From positions 46,448 through 110,447 of the forward strand of contig JAAOMT010000187.1 in assembly GCA_016748015.1 (NCBI GenBank): a stretch of DNA of 64,000 nt, written 5' to 3'. Both the position numbers and the translations under genes were made by a program. Shown here one piece after another: positions 52,201 to 64,000 of the stretch; the first letter of the stretch is position 1, and every line of letters starts with the position of its first letter. Under the pieces are notes generated by a model. It worked only from the letters and a program-made list of their open reading frames with translations, was not told the DNA's origin and ran no database searches. This stretch comes from Geosiphon pyriformis uo1. Its lineage: Eukaryota; Fungi; Glomeromycota.

Positions 52201-54044
52201 CTTCAATTTGTTGGGCAAGTTCAATGGCCATGTCCATTGTAGAGTTGTCTTTTAGGGCCAAGAGAGGCCAAAGAGCATAAGATAAATCAGTTCTCAATTC
52301 TTTTGTGAAGGAATGAATCTTTTGTTCTTCTGTCTAATTTCTCCCAGAGTCTACACATTTGATTAGCTTTCTAATAGCTTTGACATATTCAGTTACTACT
52401 TTTCCAGGGCCTTGGGTTTTTTTTTCCAATTTCATGCGCCATTTGGATATTAATATTGGGGTTCTGAACTTGGCCTTAAATTGGGTAGTGAAAGAGGTAT
52501 TTTCTTCTCCAGCATTGATTGATGTCCATCTGATTATTCTGTGTTGAGCATTGGCATTTGTTTCTTGTGAAAACCAGATAGCAGGAGAGCCTTGGAGGTA
52601 GCCACCAACAATTTAGAACTTGTATTTTTCATCATACTGGTTGGCTGTGGCAGCTCTTTCAAAATCATCCAACCATTCAATTGGATCTTGTGCATTACTT
52701 CTAAATAGTGGTAGTGGGGTATTGTTTCTTCTTCCTAGAGCAGTTTGTATACCTTGAAGGGTGGCCAGAATGTTTGCTTGCATGGGATCATTAGCCATTG
52801 GTTCAGGAGTAACTGTTTGTGTAGACGAGTCTGATTTGCTTGATAAAAGATCAAAAACAGAGGCAGTTTGATAGCTTTCTTCTTCTGTTTCAAAGGGAGT
52901 CTTAGTTGCTTGATGGACAGCAATCCAAATGTGGATTTGATGATTCAGATATTCGAAATCAGGGGGCTGTTGTTCAAAAGTTGCAGAATATAAGAGCTGA
53001 TTGATACTGTTGTTTCTTTTTTCAAAGTTGTTTTCAAAATAAGCTTGGTCAAAGTAATAGGTTGTATAAGCTGTATAGGTTTCAGCTAAATGCTCATTTA
53101 GGAACCAGTTCCAAAAGTCTTGGAATTGTTTACTGGATTGTTTTTTAAGGGGGAAGCAGATCAAGTAGGAGGGCAGAGAATTAAGTTCAATGAAATCTAG
53201 GTCGTTTCTGTTGTGTGCTGCAAAGTGTTCTTCTGATTGCTGTGGCAGATATGAGTAATCACCTATACAATGAAAGAATAAGTGAATTTTGACAACCTCA
53301 CAGGGAGCACCACTTTTATGTTATGAGTTGGAGTAACAAGTTAACGGATAACAAGGGAGAACAGGATTGTAGAGTGATGGAAAATATTAAAGGGGATTCA
53401 ACTTCAATGAGTGAATTGAATGAGTATGAATTCAATGTGTGAGATCAATCTCATAAAATATCTCAGTCACTATTCTTTTCAAAGGTAACTGGGGAATCTG
53501 AAGGTAGAGGGATAGTCTGTACTATCAACAATTGATCACCACTAGTATAATTCTATGCTTCATATCGGCGCTCTTAGAATTCAATATCAGATATCAACTT
53601 GTGCTTTTCAGTCACATTTATTCAAATAATCTTCAAATCCTACAATTATATATGTCAGGAAAAGGCCAACAAGTAATCTTTTATCTTAAGATGTTTGGAT
53701 ACTTAAAAGTAGGGAAAAAGAAATTAGCAATAAGAGAGTGATTGAGATGAAAGTTGTTATTTTTATTTATTTGATTCTTGTTTGAAAGATGATTTTCTAC
53801 AGTTAAAAGACTCATCGCTTATATAGCTAATGAAAGTGGTCAACAATTAGGTCAATGATCAGATCAATAATTAGATTAACAATCAAGTCATTGATCAGAT
53901 CAATGATCAGGTCAATGATCAAGTCAATGGTCAGATCATTGATCAGGTCAATGATCACTATCTAAAAATAGAGTGGCTAATTATATGACATCAGTAGCTA
54001 ATACATGTGATAACTAATAAAAATTATGGGTTTCAACCATAACA
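46298..54044 (-). mobile_element. Full-length Ty3/gypsy element C (second family, no dUTPase), inactivated
   Basis: LTRs 46298-46975 and 53319-54044, differing in length by 48 bp (four 12-bp units); TSD GTAT; PBS 53296-53312; PPT ~46976-46990; gag with CYCCGLTGHYLRDC; protease LILNSGSS (D>N); RT YLDN; integrase HTDPLAGHFG..CNICQRR, SDRG, YHPQTNGLVE. Confidence 0.96.
47060..47602 (-). CDS. Accessory 3' ORF (ORF3) of element C, unknown function
   Basis: About 180 open codons from the ATG at 47602, TATAAATA ~40 nt upstream, lying between integrase and PPT. Confidence 0.6.
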   Translation of the reverse strand: MNNYFLEQNIQNTFYTFHEYWIKNYLNATLIIGKQTTITDNSRTHIVIRPKKTTTRKKRIGSKMDKYLLESITAAILIFFMIIEKMIKEILSIDKNLSYERQLEFYGHLGEIIEEMKLMKKTTSEIQVEILGIIRLDVSRVLTIAKRAKTLIQRFGLLDIKLYFVSSTIHSIHKRLQQTS

Positions 54045-54599
54045 GTATTAATACAAATTACTTCAATAATAATCACATTAAAAAACAACAAAATTATAAT
54101 TAATTCACTTAAAATTTCTCAATTTCTCATTAATATTTCAAATTTAATTAGCTATTAATATTTTAAAATTAATTAACTACCAATTTTAATAATTTGTTAG
54201 TTAAACAAAAGACAATTTTTTTAATAAAATTCTTTTTTATATATATATTAGAATAGCTTACAAATAAAATTTTTATAAAAAAGTTAATTTTTATAACAAA
54301 GTAATTACATATTTTAGTAAGCTTCCAAATAAGTATTTTCTGAAAAAAAATTAACTTTTACTACAAAATAATTATATAAAATAATTGGCATAAAATTGGT
54401 TATTTTACTTATAAGTTCAGCAGTTCAAATTATAAGAAATAATTTAAAAATAAATTCAGTTATTAAAGATTCAATAGCTTTTAATAATTAGGAATTATTA
54501 GCAAAACAACATTAATAATATTCAAAAAAAGAAACCAAAAACCTTTGATAACAATATAAAAAATTTGGTCATGTTTTTTAATATGTTTATTAAAAATTT

Positions 54600-57500
54600 T
54601 TAGCTTTTACAACTAGACCAAGTTTTTACTTTTTTGATTTAAATAAATTCAGATTTACTAAGATTTATATCAAAAAAACAGTTCTAATAGCTTATTTTGT
54701 TTTTTTTAATAGATTTTTTTAAGCTCAAATTATTGATTAAAGTGCTTTTAATCAGTTTTTTGAATTTATTTTTAAGATATTGTTATTTTTGGTTTTTTGG
54801 TTATTTTTTTTTTATCTTAATTTGTTTTATTTTTGGCTGCTTAATTAAGTATTTTTAAATGCTTATTGAAATTTTTAATTAATTAGATTTTTATGATTGT
54901 TGTTAAGTTGAATTTGTTTATAATACAACTATTTTTAAATATTTAATCTTTAGTTTTGTAAATAATAATGTTTATAAATATTGGAATTAATATTATAATA
55001 TTCGAATTTTTTTTTATTGTGAGTGTTTTAGATAATTTTTTCTTTTTAAATATAAATAATAATAAATTTTTACAATTAAAATTGATAATTTTTAAATAAA
55101 AATATTAATATTAAAAGATTTTATTAATATAATTTTGGTCTATTTAAACTTATTGGTTTTTGGTGCCGATTTTTTTGTTTTTTTAATAATTAGTTTGGTT
55201 TAAAAAATTGCTATATTAATATTAAAAATATAAACAATTTTGTAAAATAGAAAGATATAATTAAGTAATATAAAAGTAAAAACAATTTAATTTCTATTAT
55301 TATAAAAATAAAATTGAGAAACATGATCTATTTTTGAATTTAAAATAAGTTTAAAGTCATTTAAATTTATATTTTTGGTTTAAAATTTACTTATTTAAGT
55401 TTTGGTATTATTATTATTATTATAAATAATTACTTAATTAAACATGTGTATAAGATTACTAAAGTTAATAGACTTTTGTTAATTAAATTATTTTTTAAAA
55501 ACAAACTTTTAGTTATTATTTTAAAACTATATACTATTGCTACTGTAGTTATATATTTTACTTAAGTTGAAAATATTAATATATTAATTATTAAAGCTGT
55601 TAATAAATTTTTTTTGTAATTTTAAATAGCAATTTTAATAAAAATAAATCTAAAAAATGTGCTAGTTTCAAAAAATATTTGAATTTAAATTTGGTTAATT
55701 TTTTAATAAAAAGTATAGCAAAAATTCTTAAATAAAAAAACTTTAAAGTATTAAAAAAGTTATTAATTATATGTTTATCTTTGTAAATCTTATTAACATA
55801 ATAATTAATAAAAATATTCTAAATATTAAAGAATTTTTTAATATTAATTACAATATTGTTTACATTTTTATTGATTTAGATGGTCTTTTAGATATGAAAT
55901 TAAATTTTTTTTTGCAAACAGACTAATAAAAACTATTGAAAATTTAACTTTAAAAATATTAATAAGTCAAAGTAAAACTAGTTTAAGGCTTTTTTATTTA
56001 TTATTACTATTATGTATGCTAATAAATTTATTATTGTAATATAAAATATTATTTAAAAGATAATTTGTTTTTTGACTAATAATGTGTTTTTTAAAACTTG
56101 ATACAAAAATTATAATAGTAATTTTTATTTCAATTTTACAAATTAAAAATTTTGGTTTTAAAAATTATTAAGACTTTATATTTGAAATTGAATGCTGCTC
56201 TTGATTTTTTTTAAGTTTTTAATTCTTTTTTAATGTAAATAATGTCTTTTATATTGTAAAACTTTTTAAATTAAACACTAATTTTGATATTGTCAAGTTT
56301 ATTTTATCTAAAATAAAAAAGTTTTATTGTATTTTTAAATTAGTTAAGTCTTAACAAACTAAAAAAACACAAATTAGAGCTGTTATTACAAAGAAAATAA
56401 AAAATTTTAAAGTTAATAAAAATTATATTATTAGAAATATCTTAAAGTATTTTTTTATAAGATAGTTTTAGATTATTTGGTTATTGGAAACAAACTGGTT
56501 CTAAAATCTAATAAAGTTAAAATTAAAGTAAATAAGATTATAGAAAAATAAATAAGAAAAAAAAATTTCTGAACTTTGTTTTAGATATATAATATTATTA
56601 ATATTTGCTATTTAATTATGTTAATAATAAAATATTTTTAAAGTTATAAATATTATTTATTTTAATATAATAATAAGTATAATTAAGAATTTATCTAATA
56701 AAAAAGCTATAAACTTGTTTAGAATTTTAAATTAGTTTTAAAAATATTTTTAACTATTCTAAATTTTTATTTAATATAAAAATTAGTTTTATAATTTTAA
56801 AAAAAACATAAATTTTGATTATTTTTAAATTTTATAATAAGAAAGAGTTTTTATCAACATAAAATTCATAGTTTTAATTAAGACTGTCTAGAAAAATTTT
56901 TTAAAAAATTTTTTTAATAAGATTTTTTTAGCTTATAGTACTTTTAATGTTTTTTGCAAAGACAATTTTTTTATTTTTAAAGAGACCATAATATAATCTC
57001 TTATTTTTGCTATTAATTTTGTTATAAAAAATGCTTTGAAAAAAAAATATGAACTCTAATTGGTTTTATAAAACATATATAAAGTATATAACTTAATTAA
57101 TTAGTTATATTTAAAGAATAATTTAATTTGGATTAAGATATACACAAAATTTATTAATAATATTTATATTAAGAAAAAAAAAATTTTTATTTTTTTGGCA
57201 TATTTTTTATGATTTTTTTTATGTAAAATTAAAAATTAGAGTAGTTTATATAACTATTAAATTGATATTAAATTGTTGTCAAAACAGAACATATTAAAAA
57301 TCAAGTTAATTTAATATTTTTTTTTGCTGATAGAGTATTTATAAATAATACAATCTAAATAAAAAACAGTTAAACTATTATTTAATATATTTTAAATATT
57401 ACTAGTAAGTTTTTTTAAATTAACAATATTTTAATTAACAATAAAAAAAGTAACTATTTTTATTAATTACAAACTAGATTTTTCTTTTGTCAATTAATAA

Positions 57501-59700
57501 TTTACCAATTTTAGTTATAAAAAAAAAACTTATAAATATTTAGACATTCTTTATTAATAAATAATTTGTTAAAGTCTATCTATTAAAACATATTCAAATA
57601 TTAAATTTTTTGCTAATTTTGTTTTAAAAAAAGCTATATCAAACAAACAATTTTTTTATTTAGTTTTAATTATATTGCAATCTATAATTAATTACAGAAT
57701 ACAATTTAGTTTATTTCTAAAAACACATACAGTAAATAGAATATATCTTTTAAATACTAATAGTATACTTAATAAACTGTTTAAACATTAATTTTTGAAT
57801 TACAGATTATAAGCTAGTTTTTTTGTTATTTATTATAATTTTTTATTAAGTTAAAAATTAATTTTGTAAACAATTTTTTAGCTAATTTAATAAAAATTTT
57901 TCAAACCTTTAAATTTTTTTTAATAAATAATTTGTTTTTTGTATTTTAGTTTTTTGATAGTATTTTAATATTATTAATACTAAATAAATATGACATTTTT
58001 AATATGTGTTACTTTTTTAAAAAGTTTAATATAATTATTAATTTTTTACTAAAAAAGATTTTATTATTAAAAAAAACTTAATCTTAAAAATTTTGTTTTT
58101 GATTAGTTTAAAAAAACAATTAAAATTTTGAATAGAAATTTTTTTTTCTTGGTGTTTAACTGGCTGATACAAATTTTGGTCTTATTAATTTACATAAATT
58201 AAATGTATTTAAAACAGTATAGAAAAACTTCTTAATAATTAATCTTGGAATTATAAATATTTATATAAATAGTTCTTTAAAAAATTTGAGTATATTAGTT
58301 ATGAGAAATAAAACAGCTGTATTTTTGCTAATTTGAATTTAAATATTAATATTAAAATATATAAATTTGTTTTTTATATTGGCTAAATTGTAGATTATTA
58401 TATTGACTTTGAAATACATTTTTGTTTGTAATTTTATTATAGTATATTTAGATAATTAAGTTGTTTTAAATATATGCTTATCTAAACAGAAATTAGTGCT
58501 ATTTAACTTTTACAATTTTTGCTGACTGAAAAAATATTACATAAAAATTGTTATTTAAAATAAAAATATTTAGGTTATTTAGTCTAAAATAAAAGACTAT
58601 TTAAATATTTTAGATAATATAAAAGTTAATATATTAGCTAATATTATCTTTATTTTAAGTTTAATATTTTTTGTCTAAATAAAGAAAATTTTTTTACAAA
58701 TTAATAACATAATAATTTCAGAAAATGCTTATTATTTTGTTCACAAAATTTTTGGTAATATTAATTATATTTGTTAAAAAATGGAATCTGAAATTAAAAC
58801 TAATGTTTTTGATAATAATTTGCTTAAAAATATTGATTAATTCGAACTTTTTTAGTCTAATATCTTAATTTATATATGACTTTTGGTTTTATAAATTTGT
58901 TTATAACTAATCTGCACTCTTATTTTATAAAAATTTTATATTAATATTTATCTGTTATAGTTTGTAAGCATTTATATGATAAAAAATATTTTAATATTTT
59001 ATGTTTTTATTATAATAAGATAGAATTATCTAACTATTTTTATATATATATATAGCAAATTTTAATATTTGTTTGTAAATATTAAATTTGCTCTCTGTAT
59101 TATAGTATTTTATATTAAAGTTGATTTAATTATTATGTGTTTTACAAATACTGTTTTTTTGTATTTTTAATTATATATTATATATTATATTAAGCAAAAA
59201 ATATGTTTTTAGAATTAATACTCTAAATTTTTTTCTGTTTTTAAAAACCTTAAAATTGTTGTTAATAAAATTGTAGATTTAATATAAAATTTGAATATAA
59301 TTTATTATAATAAGATATAATTAATTTAATTAAAATACAAAACTTTTATAAAAAATAATAATTTAATATATGATAATAGTTTTTAATTTCTATTATTAAT
59401 GGTTTTTTAATACAATTTTTTTTTAGTATTGTTAAATTATTAGATATAATTATTAATCTAAAAATTAGTTTTGAATTGTAAATTATATTTGTTTTATGCA
59501 AATTTAGATAATATTGTTTTTGTTAAAATAAATATATAGTATTGTTTTAATTATATCTAAATAGTTAATTATATATAAATAATATATAATGTATATATAA
59601 TTTATATTATATAGTTTAATATAATATTAAATTGTATTATTTATTAAATTTATATATATATAAAATTCAATCTTAATATAAGTTATTTTTATTTTATTAA
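54600..59700 (+). mobile_element. Near full-length but hyper-decayed LINE of the same superfamily
   Basis: Colinear relic motifs: endonuclease ~55450-55800, RT ~56700-57500, RNase H ~58250-58650; C-terminus 59300-59540 parallels 44850-45097. Confidence 0.75.
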
Positions 59701-59889
59701 ACATTAAAATAAAAATTATTTATTTAAAAATTTTTTAAATCTTGTTATATTAATACTAAATTTTATGTTAAAACTTTTGTTTTATTAATTTTTGTTGTTG
59801 TATTTTTGGTTGTTTCTGTTATTATTATTGTTAATTCTATAATTAATTCTTATTTGGCTTTTTTAAAATTTAAATTAACTATATTAGTT

Positions 59890-60724
59890 TTATTTTTATT
59901 TATTTATTCTTTTAACAAATGAGATTCAAATACTATCTAGCATAATACATCAAATTAAGTAATCTAAACTAAGTGTAAATCATGTATTTTTTACACATAA
60001 CCAGCCACTTAAACCAATCAAAGCAACACTACAAATCTATTAATACAGACACTACATTATCAACACCAAAAAAAAAACAGCAGGGTTTACAAAAACCAAA
60101 ACAAACATTAAATGCTTTAGCAACTTTAAGCAACCTAACTACTTTAGCTGATAACAAAGACAACAGGTCATAGATTACAGAAAAAACAGAACCATTATAT
60201 GGAATCAAACCACTCTTTTCCATAAAAGCCTTATATTTGGCTCTAACCAACCATATGTTAACACAGTAAGCAGCACCAAAACCTTATACAAAGTCAATAA
60301 TAAATCTTCCTACAGACTTAGCATTACCAAAAACAGATAAAGCCTTCAGATACTATTTTCTGAACAAAAAGTCCTTGCTTATGATAGTATACAGTACAAC
60401 ATCAAAAACACACAAAAAAAGCACTTGTGAGATCTAAGACAAAGAGAAACCCAAACCAAACACAGCATATCACTTAGCCAGATGAGAAACAAGCAGATCT
60501 TTATGGACCTCAAAGTCAAATACATACACAAAAGAGTAATCAAAGCTCTCTATCTCTCCACAATGAAAACACAAAACACTCAGATAATCCTTATTATATA
60601 AGTGCTTCCACATAGCAACCAGCAGGCAGTAGTGCAGAGCCTTCAAAAAATACAAACACAAACCAGCAGTAGACCTACTGGTGAATTCAGCCACCATGTA
60701 CGAGTTGGGGTGCCAAACCAAAGT
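59890..60724 (-). mobile_element. 5'-truncated LINE (ORF2 C-terminus, 3' UTR, A-tail)
   Basis: VWHPNSYM...CFHCGEIESFDYSF finger and C-terminus homologous to 43420-45097; 3' UTR homologous to 45100-45230. Confidence 0.85.
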
Positions 60725-60979
60725 TTTATTAATGTTTTAATTATTTTAATTTGTTTTTTTTGGTTGTAAATAATAAAAAAGTTTAATATAAAATTTATTT
60801 TAATCTTAATAAATAATATTACAAAAAATTTTGTTGTAATTCTAACTAATTTGTTTAAAAATTTTATTAATTTTAAAATTAAAATAAATTTTAGTCATAT
60901 AAGTAATACTAAAATAAATACTATTATTATGTTTTTTTTAAGTATTTAATTTTTAAATATTTAATTTTACTATAAAAAA

Positions 60980-63275
60980 TAAACATTTTTTTTGTCTCTT
61001 TAATTTTATGATCATGACTAAAACAAAGAGTAAAAAAGCTATATCTGATATCTTTTCTGAGATATCTAATAAGATTTCAATCAGAGAGACTCTTTCTGTT
61101 GTAAAAGCAATTAGACAGAACGTTTTAAAAATCTTTTTTTTACCTAGTAATTATAAAAAACTGCTTTTGATAGCTACTAAAGCAACTTCTTTTTCTTTGG
61201 CTGGTTTTTTATCAGTCAAAGTTCCCTTAAAAAGACACACTTAGATTAATTCCAATGTTGTCTCCATCCCAACTAAGAGCCCAAAAGTTTTTAATAATAA
61301 ACCAGTAAACAAGCTGGTTTTCCTTTCTATAGTTTCAACACCTGATGCTGCTAGTACCATCTTTTTAAAAAAAATGGTCAAAAAGACCAAAAATTTAAAA
61401 AAGTGGAAGCAATTACTTGTCTCTGCTATTGTTACACTAAAACTTTTTGTGGTTCCCAATAAGATCTTAGATAAGATCTCTATAGCATTATCCAGCACAT
61501 TATCTAAGATAGACCAAAATTAACCACTGGTTGTATTGTCAAATATGGTGTTTTCTGACAGATTATTACTGGTTTTAAAAGCAAAACAATTATCTCTTGT
61601 AATGTCATTTATTCTTGGAAAATAGACTAACTAAATAGAAACTGAATCATCTTTTCCTTTGGTTTTTGGTGTTGCTACTAATGATGCTTGAGAAACTATT
61701 GCTAGTTGTCAAAAGTTTGCTGGATAGATGGCCTTTTTTCTGGTGCCTAGTGCTACTTTTAAGATTAAATTGGCTCATGTTAAGACTGTTTTTCAGTCTG
61801 TACATGGTTTTTTGGATGCAAAATCTGTTTTTAAGAACAATATGAAGCTCTTTTATGTGGAGTTTGCTTCTCAAGATTTTCTAGATGCTGTATTTTTAGT
61901 TGAGCTTACAAGTTCTGTTTACTTTGCCACTTTCAAAATTGCCAAGTTTCTGGTGGTTTCTGAGTCTGGTTTTTCTTTTGCTATTGTTATGCTGCATAAT
62001 ATGCCTTTGAGTATGTTTACTGTTAATATTAGAACAGTTTTTAGTATGTTTGGTAGTATTACTTGTGTTGTATTAAAGCCTGCTAGTATTTGACAGTATG
62101 TGGTTGTTTATTTTGAAAAATTAAACTCTGTTGTATCTGCTTTAAATTATTAGTTAGTTTTGATAGACAAGAATAATATTAGGATTTTTTTTTAATAAAT
62201 CAGAATAAAACTATTCTGTCTTATAATAGATTTAAGACCAAGTTGGTTAATCTCCCCTCTAACTACACAACTTTTGAAATTAGTAATATGATTTCTCAAG
62301 TTAGTAGTTGAACATGTTTTATTTCCCATTTTTCTGAGTCTGGTTGTTATTTTCAGTTTGTTCTAGTTATATTTGGTTCTTAAGTTGATTTGAATACTGT
62401 AATATTAAAGACTGGTATGCTAAGAAAGTATTGTATCTGATGAGAAACTTCTGGTAATTGGCACTGTTTTCAATGTCAAAATTCAGATCATCTGGCTTTG
62501 GATTGTAAAATATCTCCACCTCTTTCTTCTAAAACTTCTAAGATATTTATTTTTCATAATATTGGTAACAAGTTTTATGCCAAAGCTGCTGTTTCTGTGC
62601 TTTCTTCAATTTCTAATATTTTGATTGGTTCAGTTTTTTCTACTAAAATTGTATCTGACAATTCTATGGTCTTTTCTTAATTAACATCTTTGAAATTGGT
62701 GTTGGCCAGACTCTTTAATTTGGTTAATTTTATTGTTAAGCCTGTTGGTAGATTGGTAACTGCTTTCAAACAATTTATTAAAAGTGATCTTATGTCTAAT
62801 AGCAAGCTTAGAAACAAGATTAATAAGCTTATGGTGTATTTGGATGCTTTTAGCAAATCTGTTGGTAAGTTGGAGAGAGAGATGGTAACATTAAAAACTA
62901 AATGTAACATAGAAAATGTTGATTTGTCTGGTGATTCTGGTGTTTCAGTTAGAGTAAGTGATAAAGTATTTGGTGAATTAATGACACTCTAAAAATTTGA
63001 ATCTTTTGAGATTAAGTTCATAAAAACAGCCAAATAGCTTGTTGAATTGGTTCTTAGTAGTCTTACTTTGTTTGATGTAATTTAAAAGATGTCTATTTTG
63101 GACAAGTTTTTTTGTAAGTTATTAACTTAGTATAATCTGAACTGGTTTAAGTAACTGGTTACATATAGAAAGTGTATGAACTTCACTTAGTTTAAAATAC
63201 TTAGTTTGTTTCATTGTACTAAGTAATAGTTGGGCTATACTTATTAAATCATTAATAAAATAAAAAATAAAAATA
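60980..63275 (+). mobile_element. ORF1-only non-autonomous LINE derivative
   Basis: ~2.1-kb broken ORF1 (RRM-like segments, CFQCQNSDHLALDC knuckle ~62465) ends at ~63130, directly followed by a LINE-type 3' UTR and A-rich tail; no ORF2. Confidence 0.7.
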
Positions 63276-63339
63276 AACAATTTTAATATTAAAATATTAT
63301 AAATAAAATTAAATTGTTTTTAAATAAGTTTATTTATAT

Positions 63340-64000
63340 CTATTGTTACTGGAGGTTTTTGGTCTCTTTTCTTGAATGTTGTAAATGTCTGTTGGTTGCA
63401 AATTCACGTTTTCTAGAAGTAGTTGAACCTCCAATAACTGAATTTATCTTTAAATTATCTCTTATAATTTGAACTGCTGGGCTTATGAGTGGAATGGCCA
63501 ATTCCATGCCAGTTATTTTGTATAGTTATATTGTAATAAACATCAACTTTTTTTCAGGAATTGCTTGTCTGGAAGCTCACTAAAAATGTGTAGTTACTTT
63601 GCTGTGAAAGTCAACTCTTCTACAGGAATTTTGTCTGTAGGCTACTCTAATGATTGTAATAAGAAAATAAAAGAAAAATAAAAGAAATGTAAAAGAAATA
63701 GAATTTTATCAAGGGAAACATTTTCTATCCAGGCCTGGAGTCACTAACAGATTACTGAAATTGGTAGCTAATTAATTTCAAAATGTTAGTTGTGTTGAGG
63801 GAATTTCAAGTATAATAATTTTAAGGATTTGGTTTTTAAATATTTTAATTTTTATTTGATTTTGTAAAAAATAATTTGTTCCAATTAAGATATTTGAAGT
63901 AAGTTACTATGATAAGATATATTTTTTTGAAGAAAAAAGCTTTTCTTTTATACAACTTGTTGTAGTACTAGTCTATGAACTTGCACTTTTTCTCTTTGCT
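63340..64000 (-). repeat. Copy 3 (least decayed) of repeat X, continues beyond the window
   Basis: Aligns with 11401-12020; reverse strand reads MELAIPLISPAVQIIRDNLKINSVIGGSTTSRKREF; intron-like pyrimidine tract ~63655-63705. Confidence 0.7.

Larger units (their letters stand above)
45850..54560 (+). repeat. Copy 2 of repeat X, split by element C (45850-46297 and 54045-54560)
   Basis: Both flanks of element C align, inverted and contiguously, with 11401-12330 and 63340-64000. Confidence 0.75.

Overview
Eukaryotic, AT-rich fungal DNA. The intron style, ATG8/ARH1 sequences and transposon families suggest Mucoromycota/Glomeromycotina (inferred, not proven). The first ~5 kb is a CpG-normal gene island: a KH-domain gene (partial, - strand), NADPH:adrenodoxin reductase ARH1 (-) and ATG8 (+). 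The remaining ~59 kb is nested, dead retroelements. One APE/RT/RNase H LINE (~16.3-45.2 kb) is split by two full-length dUTPase-bearing Ty3/gypsy elements and a solo LTR. The window also holds a second gypsy family (46298-54044), another solo LTR, an ORF1-only LINE derivative, three copies of an unidentified gene-like repeat, and relics decayed almost to pure A/T. Main points of interest: (1) repeat-restricted C>T/G>A hypermutation, largely outside CpG (RIP-like); (2) an unusual gypsy layout with a Cys-rich insert, dUTPase, an integrase in its own ORF, a TATA-preceded 3' accessory ORF, and 4-bp TSDs with a central TR step; (3) an ORF1-only non-LTR element. Coordinates of heavily decayed relics are approximate, and all comparisons were made by eye.
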